This document shows, piece after piece, positions 24,286-36,900 of a stretch of 64,000 nt of DNA. Below the pieces are notes generated by a model. That model saw only the letters and a list, made by a program, of their open reading frames with translations, had not been told where the DNA came from and did no database searches. Within the stretch, counting starts at the first letter, position 1. The number at the start of each line of letters is the position of its first letter. The DNA is from Selaginella moellendorffii (lineage: Eukaryota; Plantae; Lycopodiophyta), in the NCBI RefSeq assembly GCF_000143415.4, contig NW_003314268.1:1658672-1722671 (forward strand). Direction: 5' to 3'. The translations under genes were made by a program, and so were the position numbers.

Positions 24286-26399
24286 CCATCATGGATTATA
24301 CTTTACATAAAAGAATATTATTAATAGCATAACTAAATAAATATATATTTACCTTGGATTATACACAATAGTAGTCATTGTAGACTATTTGGGAATTCTA
24401 TGTGTATGATTAAAGCACACCCAAGAATATTGCAAATCTATATATAGCTGTATCCACTTGATGAGATCAGCTCCACTTCCAATACCATCCATCAACATCT
24501 TGAAAACATAATATCATTCTTTGGCTTCAATTTGGATTAGTCCCAAAAAAGTAATGCTTTGGAAGAAGTTGTAACTAAACTCATTTTTAAGCTTTAAAAT
24601 TGCATCAAAACTTGAGGAATTCTAAAAAAAAGAGAGATTTCCTTTTAGAGTTTTCTATCACAATTTACATCCTATAAAGATATTTTAAAGTAAGTATAAA
24701 ATAATATTTTAAATTGACTAGATCTTTCATTTATTGGTAAGTGCCAAAAGACTATTGTGAGACACAAAATCCCTAGGCCCCAAAGTGGAGCCAGAAAGGG
24801 TGCCACGTGGTAGTGGCCAAAGCGAAAGCCAAACGAGTGTAACACGTTTGGACTAAAAGCTCTGACTTGGAAGGTCGAGAGTGGGAGTGGAACTCCCAAT
24901 AAAGTGCTCAAGGAACGAGCACGAAGCGAGCAATAAGCAAGGCTCCAAAAAGGGACCCAAAAAGGACCAACACATGACACATGGAAGTGTCCGAGATGGA
25001 GTCCGAGGCAGACCCGAGTTGGAGTCCGAGATGGACCCGAAGTGGAGTCCGAGATGGACTTGAAGTGGAGTCCGAGATGGACCCGAAGTGGAGTCCGAGA
25101 TGGAGTCCGAGATGGAGTCCGAGATGGACCCGAGATGGAGTCCGAGATGGACCCGAAGTGGAGTCCGATATGGAGTCCGAGATGGAGTCCGAGATGGACC
25201 CGAAGTGGAGTCCGAGATGGAGTCCGATATGGAGTCCGAGATGGAATCCAATATGGATCCGAGATGGACCCAAAGTGGAGTCCGAGATGGAGTCTGATAT
25301 GGAGTCTGAGATGGATCCGAGATGGACCCGAAGTGGAGTCTGAGATGGAGTCCAAGATGGACTGAGATGGAGTCCGAGATGGACCCGAGATGGAGTCCGA
25401 GATGGACCCGAGATGGAGTCTGAGATGGACCCAAGATGGAGTCCGAGATGGACCCGAGATGGAGTCCAAGATGGACCCGAGATGGAGTCTGAGATGGACC
25501 TGAGATGGAGTCCGAGATGGAGTCCGAGATGGAACCGAGACCGGGACTGAGACCGAGACCGAGACCAAGACCGAGACCGAGACCGAGACCGAGTCCGAGT
25601 CCGAATCCGGGACCGAGACCGAGTCCGAGTCCGAGTCCGAGTCCGAGTCCGAATACTAATACAGGCAGTTGGGTGAAAGCCCAAAGCGATTGTCCCCTAG
25701 GGGGGAGGGGGGGTGAAAACTCCTGGACTCTCTGGACTAGGAGGAAAATGTCCACACAAGATCTTCCTAGGAGATTCAAATCTAATCTAGTCCCTAACTC
25801 TAAAACTACACTACAAAATGAATGCACTTACCTGCTTGAGCCAAGCCAAGTAGAGACTGTGAACATGTGCTTGAAGGTGCTAGTCCCACGCCTTTGATCC
25901 CTTGAAGGCGGTGGGTAAGTAAGACATTGCTGTGAAGAGCCGAAGAGATAGGCAAAATGACGATGTATTGCAATGTATTTTGTATTAGGGATCTGTCTAA
26001 AAACATTCTAAGTCCTACTTTTATAGTCGCTACTGTTCACGTCAAGGTTAGGAATATAGTCCTAACCTTGAACCTCTCAAGTTTACTTTCCTAAGCTTGA
26101 ATCCTCGAGCTTGTCTTTTTCTCCCTTCTCCACTCTCCTACGACTGCCTTGTGCTGCGTCCCGCAGTCACTGCTCCATTGCTGGTAGCTGCTCCCTCATG
26201 TGGCTCCTCCTCCTCTTCCTCCTCTTCATAAGTCTGAGCTGCTTCCTCAAAGTCTTGTGATCTGAATTTGACCAGCTTCTTCCCGAGATCAGTTGCACAA
26301 ACGCCTCTTCTCGAAACTTTAAACATCCGACTTGAAACAGCCACAACTTCTCCTGGACGGCTTTCAATTTTGCTGCTTTACTACTTACTTCCTCTACTC

Positions 26400-28780
26400 C
26401 TACAGAGCTACAAAGGATGAAACCAGCTTGCCTCTGTCCCACCAGAACCTGAGAAACACACTTCCTCGTCTCTTCACCAACTTCACACCAGCCACGTTCA
26501 AGTGCAAACTTTGGCCTGGGTATATGGCTCCTCTTGATGGCTGCTCCACAAGGTTCTGAACTTCTACACCTCTTTGTTGTCTAACATCTTCTTCTTTCTT
26601 CTTCACAACAGCTTTCTGCTCCAAGCCAGCTTGACCAGCTGCTGCTTGTTCCACGTCAAACTCTGGCACTGAATTTTTCTTCTGCTCCGTTTGCTCACAA
26701 AACTTCGGAAGCACCACCTCAAGTTCCTGCGTCTGAAACACCTTTAGCCACTGCAGGTCTTCGTCTTCTTCTGCTGGTTGCTCAATCTGATCAGGCTGTT
26801 CATCTTCCACCAGGTTTTGCTTCAACCTTGCTTCAGCTTGCTCTTCCACATGAAACTTTTCTTTCTGCTGAACAGGTGCTAGCTCCTCTTGGGTAAAACT
26901 TCTTGTTTCTTGATTGTTTGATTGTTTGTCGTGTTCTTTGATTGTTTCTGGATCTTGTGCTTGCAATTCAGCTTGAATTGCTTTAAGTATTTTCTTGCTT
27001 TTCTTCCATTCGGCTTCTGGGATAATTTCAACTTCATCATTGTAATCTTGTTCTTCCAGATTATCTAGTTGCTGATACTTGTATTGTTGTCTCGTGATAG
27101 TTCGTATTGCTGGTTCTTCAAAAGTTTGTGGTTCGTCAATTTCCACCTCAACATTCCGTGCTGCTGGTGGTCTTGGTCTCGGAGCCTGATTGTTTACTCC
27201 TTGGTTATTCTTGCGATTTGCATTTTGGTAAGGTTGTCGAGGTTGATTATCTTGTTGTGGTGCAGGTCGCTGGTTGTAATTGTAACCTTGAGCTTGAGGT
27301 GGTCTTTGATTATAGTTGCGATATGGTTCTTGATCATAATTGTAATTTCGTGGGGGAGGACATTGGTAGTTGTCATGAGGTCCATCACGTTGCTGATATG
27401 TATTGTAGTTTCTTCCATAATTTCCAGAATAGTTGTTTGGTCTTTGATCTTGAGGGGGTATTCTATTGTAGTTGCAATTGTTCTGACGGTAAAAGTTTCC
27501 TCTTTGATTGTACAAATTATCATCACGTTGATAATAATTGTTATATCTTGGAGGTTCATTGCGTGGTGGTCGTGCATTTTTATTCCAATTTCCTTGATAT
27601 CGAAGATTGGGCTCTCGACGAGAAGTATTCTCGATTCTTGAAACTTCCATTGTATTCCTAAATCGGCAATTCTTGGCTATATGGCCTTCTCTATCGCAAA
27701 TTTGACATTTTGGAAGCTGAAATTTGCATTCCAAATATGTATGTCCTTCATTTTTACACTTTGTACACCACACTCCTTCCTTGAGTTCGGTTTGTGAGAT
27801 TTTCCTGATTATTTCCTTCAAGTCTTGGTTTTTTGATGGTTTCTTCTTTGTCTTGATGCGGATTTCTTCCTCTTCTTCATCATCTGAACTATCATCGGTT
27901 TGTGAAGGTCCCACTTTTGTGAATTGCTTAAATCGTTTTTCTAATGTCAAGATTTCTTTGGAGAGTGTATCGACATTTTCTTCATCCGGATTCTCTGCTG
28001 CAGCAGCGAGTGCTACCATGTTTCTATAGATTTCTTTAAGGCCTTGTATATAGGACAAGCTTTTTCCTTTTCCGTTATCAAATCCTTGCAACGCTTTGCA
28101 TGGAACTTAAATCTTCGAGTGTAATCTTGAATACCTTCACGTGGTTTTTGTTTGAAATTCTTGATGATCTCATAGTGTTCTTCTTGAGTTCCTCCAGTCT
28201 GGAATTGTTCTTTAAATTGTGTGATCTTTTCATCATGGGTCATCGCATCATCGAGTGTGTTGTGCCAATCGAGGGCTTTTCCTTTAAGTGTGTATGGGAA
28301 AAGTATTTCTCGATGCATTTCTTGCTTGTTCATCTTTACAATTTGATCAAATTGTTTGAGATGCTGGTTCGCATCTTCGGTTTTTCCACCGGTAAAAATG
28401 GGATAGGAAATCATGTTCCCTATAGCTGTTGCTAGGTTGATGATTGCCATTTGTTGTTGTAGACTTTGTTGGATAAGTTGTTCTTCTGGTGAATTAGGAT
28501 ATGAGTAAAACTCTGGTGCTGTGAATTCTGCCTCTTCAAACGGCTCAAACTCTGGGACGTCTTCAATATTTGGTTCTTCTTTGTCTTCTGCCGAGTTGCT
28601 TGACTCGGGTACTTGAATTTGTTTATCGTCTTTGTCGTACTTCTTTAATATTGTTTCTAAGATTTGTTGTTGTTGTTCTTCTAACTTTTCCTTTTCTATC
28701 TCTTCCTTTCTTACTTCTCGAGTCTTTTGTTGAAGATCTCTTTCCCGGATCTTGATTGGGTCTGGTTTATGTTTGTGCAT
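26400..28780 (-). pseudogene. gag: Gag with two CCHC knuckles and an N/Q-rich tail; frameshift near 28063
   Basis: PIFTGGKTEDANQHLKQF..LKGKALDW; CTKCKNEGHTYLEC and CQICDREGHIAKNC; ORFs 28013-28780 and 26400-28091 overlap. Confidence 0.85.
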
Positions 28781-29020
28781 TCAGTTTTCTAAATCTTCTC
28801 GACTTAAATGCCGAGGTAAACTTCCTGAATTTTGTGATTCATCTACGGTGTGTTGAATCAAATGTTGTTTTTCATAGATTGCAAAGTCAAGCTCTTATGT
28901 CTTGAGTCTTTTGCAGGTTTGTATTTTGTCATATAAATGCGAAGTCAAGCTCTTATGTCTTGAGTCTTCAATCGAGTGTTTGTTTCTCGATTCTTCCCGA
29001 GTTTCTTCTCGAGGTCACTT

Positions 29021-29776
29021 TCATGAGTCTAGCTCAGGAAAGGTCTTGTATTTGAAAAATTTGGTGGTGTAAGTAAGCATGATTTTGTTTGTTGGAAGGA
29101 GGTCGGTTGTGTCATAAATTGATCGGTGTAGCTGTTTGCTAGTAATATTTGGTGCTGCTCTCCAACTTTGGGATCGAGCAGGTATGCAAATGATTGCAAC
29201 TCTCTTTAGGAGTCCAATCTTTTCTAAATTCTTGAATAATTGTTTTGGTCTTTTACAATATGTTGGTCGTACGGGAATGCAAGCTCTCACTATGAGCATT
29301 TGTGTTTCCCAGTCGATAGTAATATTTGAAAATGCTAAATACAGTAGTGGTTGTATTTTTAATGTTCTCACTTCTCCTTCTCCGATTGATACGGGTTTCC
29401 AACTTCGTGATTCCTGTATGTTTTTCTTCTCAAATGGTGTCCACACGTCAAGGTATGGATTCCAACAAATTTTTGTTGCTTTAAGCCTATGCGTGTGCGG
29501 ATCTATCCAGCGCTCGTTTGCCCACAGTCCTTCCTTTATCTTGAGGTTAGTAAGCTCATGTATTGCGCTTCCAACCGGTGTAATAAATCCTCTTACAAAT
29601 TGCTGTCCAAGTATTTCCTGTATTTCTCTAAGCAGGAACCTTGGAATTTCTTCGTAAATTCGAGTGACAGCATCCCAAGTATGCCACTCAACTTCTTCCT
29701 TGAGACAAATAAATTCTTGATCAATGTACACGAAAGATCTCCACGAGAGCTCGAGGATGATTCTCCACGTATACAA
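29021..29776 (-). CDS. Extra ORF upstream of gag, unknown function (251 aa)
   Basis: Open, complex-composition ORF lying between the PBS and gag in the element's sense orientation. Confidence 0.5.
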   Translation of the reverse strand: MYTWRIILELSWRSFVYIDQEFICLKEEVEWHTWDAVTRIYEEIPRFLLREIQEILGQQFVRGFITPVGSAIHELTNLKIKEGLWANERWIDPHTHRLKATKICWNPYLDVWTPFEKKNIQESRSWKPVSIGEGEVRTLKIQPLLYLAFSNITIDWETQMLIVRACIPVRPTYCKRPKQLFKNLEKIGLLKRVAIICIPARSQSWRAAPNITSKQLHRSIYDTTDLLPTNKIMLTYTTKFFKYKTFPELDS

Positions 29777-32700
29777 TTCTTGTTTATCTTGTTTTCCTAT
29801 AAACTGTGCGCCGTGTATGATAGCGCCGTTGCAAATTGGTGTATAGTTCTCCTTGTCTAATGTGTTGTGAACTAAATTAAAGATTCATTCCTAAATCTCA
29901 GATGGCAGCTGCCTGATGGCTTCTAAAAAGTTTTGAGAGTCTTGCATCTATCGAGGGATTTCCTCATCTCGCTGGTCTCTCGTGCAAGCCCAAAATTTCC
30001 ATTTTGCGTCATTGTTATCACTCTCCTTATGTGGGCTACAAAATTTTGGTGATTGTTCATTCTCTTTTATCATTCCTCCCCTTTGGTTCTTTCAATTTGC
30101 TGGACAAATTGTGTAATAGTCACAAGACTGTTTCTTTGAATTCTTGAAAGCAACTAGTGCTCTGTTTTTTTTTTTTTTTTTTTTTTTAAACTATCGTCAC
30201 TCTTTTTGGTGTCATTTTTGTGGGCTATTTCTTCTCATTTCTTTCTCTCTTCCGTTGCGGCAATGTCATCCCTGATTCACAGTCTTGCTTTTGCTTGTTT
30301 GCAAGTGTCACATCGCCATTTTGGATAGCATTGCTTGTATGGTTTAGCACAATTTCTGAATCCACACAAAAGGCAGTCCTTGTATCTTGTACAGCTTGTG
30401 TCTCCAAATGGGCAGTCGTGCTTTTTCATTCTTCCTCCATCTCCAGCCGCTAGAATTTTCCCTTGGTCGTTTCCTTATCGCAGATTCTTGGAATATTCGC
30501 TTTCTTCAACCTCTCGCCAAAAACAGTTACGCGTACGCTCCAAGTTTTCCATGACTTGGGTGGCTTCAATCTTCAAGTGTTCTTCATCTTTTGGTCTTAC
30601 GCTCCATTTGTTTCTTCATTCCTTCATGCTCTTCCACCATTTTTGTTTTACGGTCTTGTTTTTCTTGATTTTTTGGGCTTTTTCTTCCTATGCCATTTTC
30701 TTGAGCGTCTTTGGTCCGTTTTCCTTGAAGTTTTGGGGGAAATGATCGTCTTGATCTGCTCTATCCCTCTGTGGTCGCCAGTGAAAACTCCTGGACTCTC
30801 TGGACTAGGAGGAAAATGTCCACACAAGATCTTCCTAGGAGATTCAAATCTAATCTAGTCCCTAACTCTAAAACTACACTACAAAATGAATGCACTTACC
30901 TGCTTGAGCCAAGCCAAGTAGAGATTGTGAACATGTGCTTGAAGGTGCTAGTCCCACGCCTTTGATCCCTTGAAGGCGGTGGGTAAGTAAGACATTGCTG
31001 TGAAGAGCCGAAGAGATAGGCAAAATGACGATGTATTGCAATGTATTTTGTATTAGGGATCTGTCTAAAAACATTCTAAGTCCTACTTTTATAGTCGCTA
31101 CTGTTCACGTCAAGGTTAGGAATATAGTCCTAACCTTGAACCTCTCAAGTTTACTTTCCTAAGCTTGAATCCTCGAGCTTGTCTTTTTCTCCTTTCTCCA
31201 GGGGGGCTGCGGGGGGTTCCAAAAGTATAGTAGGGAGAGTGTGGGGGTTGGAACCTAGTGGAGCCAGTTTGGCCAGGAAAGGCCAGTTTGGCCCAGGAAG
31301 GCCAGACCCAATGTTGGGTGATGAACTGACCACTGGGAAGTCCAAGGCTAGAGTGAACACGGACCGACAAATGGGGTAGCTTGGTGAAGTGTTCAAGAGC
31401 CGACTCTAGTTCCCCCGGGAGATCGACTGGCCGATGCTCCCAGTCCAAGTGTGGGTGGCACTACCTACTTGGATACTAGGCATGGCTCAACGGAACCTCG
31501 CTCTAAGCCCATGGCTAGAGCACCCAAGGGCGGAAGGCGGGGAGAGTACCTAGGTGGCTCACGTAAGGCCACGGTGTTCCGAAATGTTGTCCCCAAAGGC
31601 CCAAATTGTGGAAAGGAAGAGGAGCAGTCCTCTGGGGTAGTGACCAAGGACACAGTCGTATGATGAGGAAGTCCCAAAGGACTGTGGGACTTAGTGGTCG
31701 GGCCTATGGGCCTCGATCTAGTGGCAGTGTTGGCAAACACGGCTAGGGGCAAAAAGGGACTTAGTGGGGACTGACAGAGGGATATTGGGGAAGGTTATTC
31801 CCCTTGTCGGTGAGCATCCTAAGGATGCTAAGGAGTGGATTTGAGATGACCACTCATGGATGGTTTGCCTAGGCCAAGACTGGGATGCATGTGGTATTGG
31901 ACTACCAGTGTGGCAAAAGTGATTGGGCATAGCCTTAGCGTGACAAGCTGCCATGTCGGTGGTACCTTTGAGTGTCGGTCATGGGATCGGACATGTGGAG
32001 CACTTGGACCAAGTGCAAATGTTGAGTGGCATGGATGCCATTCTCGGGGCTAGAAAGTCCCAAGTCCTAAATTGGACTTATGGAGGTTGTGAATGAGACT
32101 CCTCCAAGTGGTCGGAGGTGTGGTTAAGTGACTAAAGTAGAATGGAAAATTTAGTCGCTTACAACTATCCATTGTTTTGCTTAATTATTGGGGTTAAAGT
32201 GTCATAGTGTTTAAATTGATCATAAATTTTTTTGAAGAATTAACTCATTTGCTACTTTAGTAGTATACTGTAGGTTGAGATCTTGGATTGATTTGCTACC
32301 TTTGAAATAATAAATGTAACCACATCCAAAGACTCTAAGCATATCCTATTTGCCATTGGATAGTTATGTTGACAAATGTGAATTGCTGCTTTTATGAACG
32401 TTACATTATTTGGGACAATAACATTCTCCTTCATATCATAGAAACTCTTTGTAAAAGTGACATTTTATAGAACCAAGTTGCTCTGTAAGTACCTCACCTC
32501 ATTTATGTAAAATATGTAACACACTATAAAACTGTTTGCAATTGAACTTTTGAAACCAATCGTAGTATGGGCTAAGCCATAAGTTTCACCCAAACAAGTC
32601 ATTAATGGTAATAAATTCTTATAACTATAACTTTATTTCATTTTCTCCAAAATTGATTTAAGGCTTTAAGGGGGATCTAGGGCTGATGTCAGCATTGGGT

Positions 32701-32993
32701 TAAGGTTTTTTGGCAGATGGGTTGAGCATGGCAAGGAGCAACAAGCATACAGTTAAGAAGCACTCTCTCACTGTTATGAGAATCACGATGGTGTTGCTTG
32801 AGCTCTTGTGACAGATCATGCTTGCCCAACTCAAGCCACTATGGCTGCCACGTGATGAAGTGTGGCACCATGTCTCCCCCCATGGCAAGCTTGACCCACC
32901 ACAAGAGCTTGGGCAACACCATAGTGATTCTCATGGTAGCCTCGACCATAGGAATTAAGCATGAATTACGCTATTGCATAAAAGGGAGCAACA

Positions 32994-33180
32994 CCATGGC
33001 TTCCCCCCATAGCAAGTCCAAGTGGTGGTGCTTGCCACCATCTAAGCTACCGTGTGAGATGGAGTAGCGCCATGGCTCCCCCCATGGCAAGTCCAAGTGG
33101 TGGCACTTGCCACCATCTAAGCTACTACATGAGGGGGAGTGGTGTCATGGCTCCCCCCATGGCAAGTCTAAGTGGTGGGG
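32994..33180. repeat. Three ~76-bp tandem repeats (catggctccccccatggcaagtccaagtggtgg)
   Basis: Units at ~32994, ~33070 and ~33146; the last is partial. Confidence 0.8.
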
Positions 33181-33980
33181 GGATGCACTAGAATTAAGAT
33201 AAACATGATTTTTCTTGTAAGATATGTCTTGATTTTCCTTCATTTTAAGTATGTCTGAAGATCCAATAACAAGTGATGTTGTGATGATGATAGTGAGATA
33301 TCAAAGGAGAGAGTTGTCATTAGAAATGGAGTTGTTGATAGAAAAAAGATCCTTATGTGCTTTCTTTGGGTTTCATTCTAATTGGATTAAAATGTTATAA
33401 AGGGCTCAAGGTACAAGGTTGCTTTATGTTATAGTGATAGAGATTTCTTTAGGTGGAAAATGTATTTTGCACCAAATCTTATTGTAAAAGCAGAGTTTCA
33501 ACTAAAGGAGTTTATATAATGCAGCAACTTGGAGTAGAAAGCTCTATTTCGTTAAAGTGGGAATTGTCATTATCCCACTTGTAAAATAAGGTTTCCAAAC
33601 CTTTATATAGTATATAAATATAACAAAATTCAACTGCATTGAGGCACATGCCATTTTATTTTAAACAAGGAAATATCTACTCAATCACTTCTCCTCCCAC
33701 TGCCACTGCTTCACCTCTCTCTTCTCCTTGTCATCGTCGTCCAATTTCTTTCCATCCTTTTAATATTGGCTCAGTTGCTCCGAGTCTAGGTGGAGCCCAA
33801 GTCCCCATTCAATCTTTACTTTCCCCTTATTAATAAAACAACTTCGTAGACTTCCAATAACATGCTATAACACTTCTAGTATAATGCAAATCCTCTCAAA
33901 GAATTGTCTTTTAATATTAATACAATGGCATGGAACCCCATGCCATAATAAGTTACATTTTTAAATAAATACATGCCATC

Positions 33981-36900
33981 TCAGACTGTTATTTTTTGCC
34001 TCCAACGCCTATACAATAATCTTGGAATTTCATCACTCTCCACACTATCAGGATTTAAACCCAATAGTAATGCCATCTCTTCTCTAATACGTCCACGCTC
34101 ATGTTCAGTGGCCGAAGAACCCATCCGGTTGAGCAGATTATGGAGATGCGGATAGTGCTTGGCTAGACAATATACATGCCATAAATGATGACTGGTGTCT
34201 ATCCGATCAAATGGCTTCTGATATACCGTTTCATCTGCCATTTGGTTGATTTCTGCAGCCACCTCCTGGACTGGCCGGTTCTCTATCACCATCGCTCCAA
34301 GCCGTTTTGCAAGGTCCCCCAGAACATACGGTTTCTTCTCCCTAGTTTCCATATTGCAAGAGATGGGGTGCACTGCATATGTGTGCGTGTTCGCTGCAGT
34401 TTTAATCGGCGAGTCATCGATGATGAGGATTTCACTTGACCTAGCAGTCTGGTTCATCACTACAGCCTCTGGCTTGACGAAGATGGGCTTACTACCCCTC
34501 ACATGGACCATAGTCAAGCAATCCTCCTGCGTTAGGAGAAAGTCAAATGGTAATATTACTCGCGTCTGATCGTGCATCATCTGTAGCAACGTTAATGCAT
34601 TGTGGCGCATCATAGATGTCCAAACTCCCAATTGCAAATTGAACCCGGCCCTCTGTTTTAAGTGTCGCATGGTCATTATTAGATCCCGCAGTTTCTCCAG
34701 TTTCTCACGTGTGATTAATGTGAATCTGTCTCTTTTGACCAACTTGCGACCGCAGGCTTTGGAGGGTGCAGTGACATTCGAGGACCAGCCACGCTCATGG
34801 GAGAAAAGGACACCGTTCAGATAAAAAACGATATAGTACCTTTGCCGTGACTCTGAAATGAAATGCATCAGCATAAAAAATGGTACAAGTCAATTTTACC
34901 ATCTACAATATTAGCGAATGGTGCTCCCGATGGTCGTTGAGAGGGTTTTGGTCGAGGAAACGTGAAGGGCGGAAATACTCTCCTCTGCAATGTGGGGTCA
35001 ATCGCATCCGATGGCGTGTGGGCACATGCCATTTCAGCTGTAGACTTTGGTACAACTGGCTCAACAATGGCATGGGGTGGTTCCGATGGCATGTGATCAC
35101 ACGCCATTTCAGCTGGTGCCTCCGTTGGCAAAGTGGACATGATCGAACAGGCAGCAGGGGCGGTGTAGGGAGGTTCCAACGGCGCGTAGTCAGACGATTG
35201 GGCACACGTTGAGTCTGTTGGAAATGAGGATACGACTGGCTCGGTGGCTGGGGCAGCCTCATGCAGGTCCAATGGCGCTGGGTCACCGTCAGTTGGATAC
35301 GTGGACAAGATTGACTCAATGGTATGGGCAGCATCAAGTGGAGCGTGGTCAGCTTGCTTGGCGTTGATATGGATAGTAGCCTCCACCAGCTCTGATGACT
35401 CTTGTAGGCAAGTAGAGTCCACTGGCGGATCCATATGCATATCCAAATATCTCCCTTCGATTGAGATGGTATCCTCCCGTGCTACTAAAAACAAACTCAT
35501 TAGCACATTGAATCGACTATACTGTATTTACCATCAACTGCTATTGAGGAACTAGGATCGATATCACTTGGGCGCACTGCTGATTCTGAAGGATTGGACA
35601 TACGTTTCGACCCTTGCTTGGCACTATCCTTCCTCGACACTAAAGGCTAGAGTTTGTATCTTAATTCAACTGAATAATCTCTACTTACCATTTAATCTGC
35701 AACCTACATGGATAATGTTAGAAATGGTAAAAGGTTAGGAATGGATGTACTATTATTTACTTGATGGTTTGTCTTGTATGACCTTCCTCCGCTGCTCTTT
35801 GGCCACCTCAGGCTGGCCATCGTCGTCATCATCGTCGTCGTTGTTATTGTGATCGTCACCATTGTGAGGACCATCCAAGTCCTCTTCGTCCTCCTCTTCT
35901 TCGTCCTCCTCTTCTTTGTCCTCCTCTTCGTCCTTCTGCTCTTCCTGCTCATTATCTTTCTCTGGCTCCTCATCCCCCTCCTGCATTTCTTCCATAGGCT
36001 GCTTAGGCTGGATGGCTTGTTCTTCCAGGACCATCTTGGGAAAATCATCTGGCCGAGTCTCCATCTCAAAATACAAGACATCCATAGCCTGTTTTAGTGC
36101 GTGACCTAGGACCGTATCCTCACCCGACTGTCTTAATATGGTTTCTGCACGTTCTTGCACCCTTCAAAGACGACGAGATGAGAAAAACGTGGCCCTGACT
36201 TGAAAAACATCCATCATCCATTGTACCTCTCCATTGAGATTGGGGAAGGGGAGTCCGCCATAGGAATCTAAGTTAGGAGGTGGTGACTGGCTGCTTTCAC
36301 TCAGCCCTTGATTTGCAATGAATGGCATGAGCACACACGCCATAACCACGAGGCATTACCTATCATCTTTTCGTTGCCCTTCTTCCTTTTCAAATCAAAC
36401 GCCTCTGATCTCGACGACTGTCCAACGTGCTTTTGCTTTTTATGACCACTGTCAGTTTGAGCTTGGCTGGTGCTTGCCTGTTTTGCCTTTGAAGAAGTGT
36501 CTCCTGCAAGGAATGGCATGAGACCACACGCCATTGCAAATATAATTTGTACCTCCTTTTTTCCTATTGCTTGTCTGTTTGTCCTTCTTCGACGCACCAC
36601 CAGTGTGCTTTTTAGTCCTCGTGTCTGAATATTCACAACGATCTATAATCAAAATGGCGTGAGGCCTCATGACTTTACCTTGTGCAGGTTGTGAGCTCGG
36701 CCCAACATGGGTATCTTCAACAGTAGCTGTTAACGCCGTTTCAGCATCTGGGGGTGGCCACGCTCCTGCATACATAGCTTGTGAGATAACATTTAAACTT
36801 AAAGTGCGTACTCACTAGGTTCGCAGAGAAGATACTGTTTTTCTTTGGCAACTGTAATTATATGCTCCATTGAAGTCACCTCTTCAATGGAGTTTGTCAC

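Larger units (their letters stand above)
25714..31200 (-). mobile_element. Young non-autonomous Ty3/Gypsy element (gag plus extra ORF, no pol)
   Basis: 419-bp LTRs (25714-26132, 30782-31200) with about 2 differences, TSD GGGGG, and PBS TGGCGACCAC (tRNA-Arg-like) ending near 30780. Confidence 0.92.
24756..32163 (+). mobile_element. Solo LTR, family A, interrupted by a nested element
   Basis: TGtgagacac...gtcgcttaCA termini, TSD ACTAT (24751-24755 / 32164-32168). Halves at 24756-25713 and ~31206-32163. Confidence 0.92.

Noticed and set aside
23284-25897. Long ORFs with GL/RT/SE dipeptide repeats (also 52065-53002)
   Set aside because: Stop-free translations of the LTR satellite.
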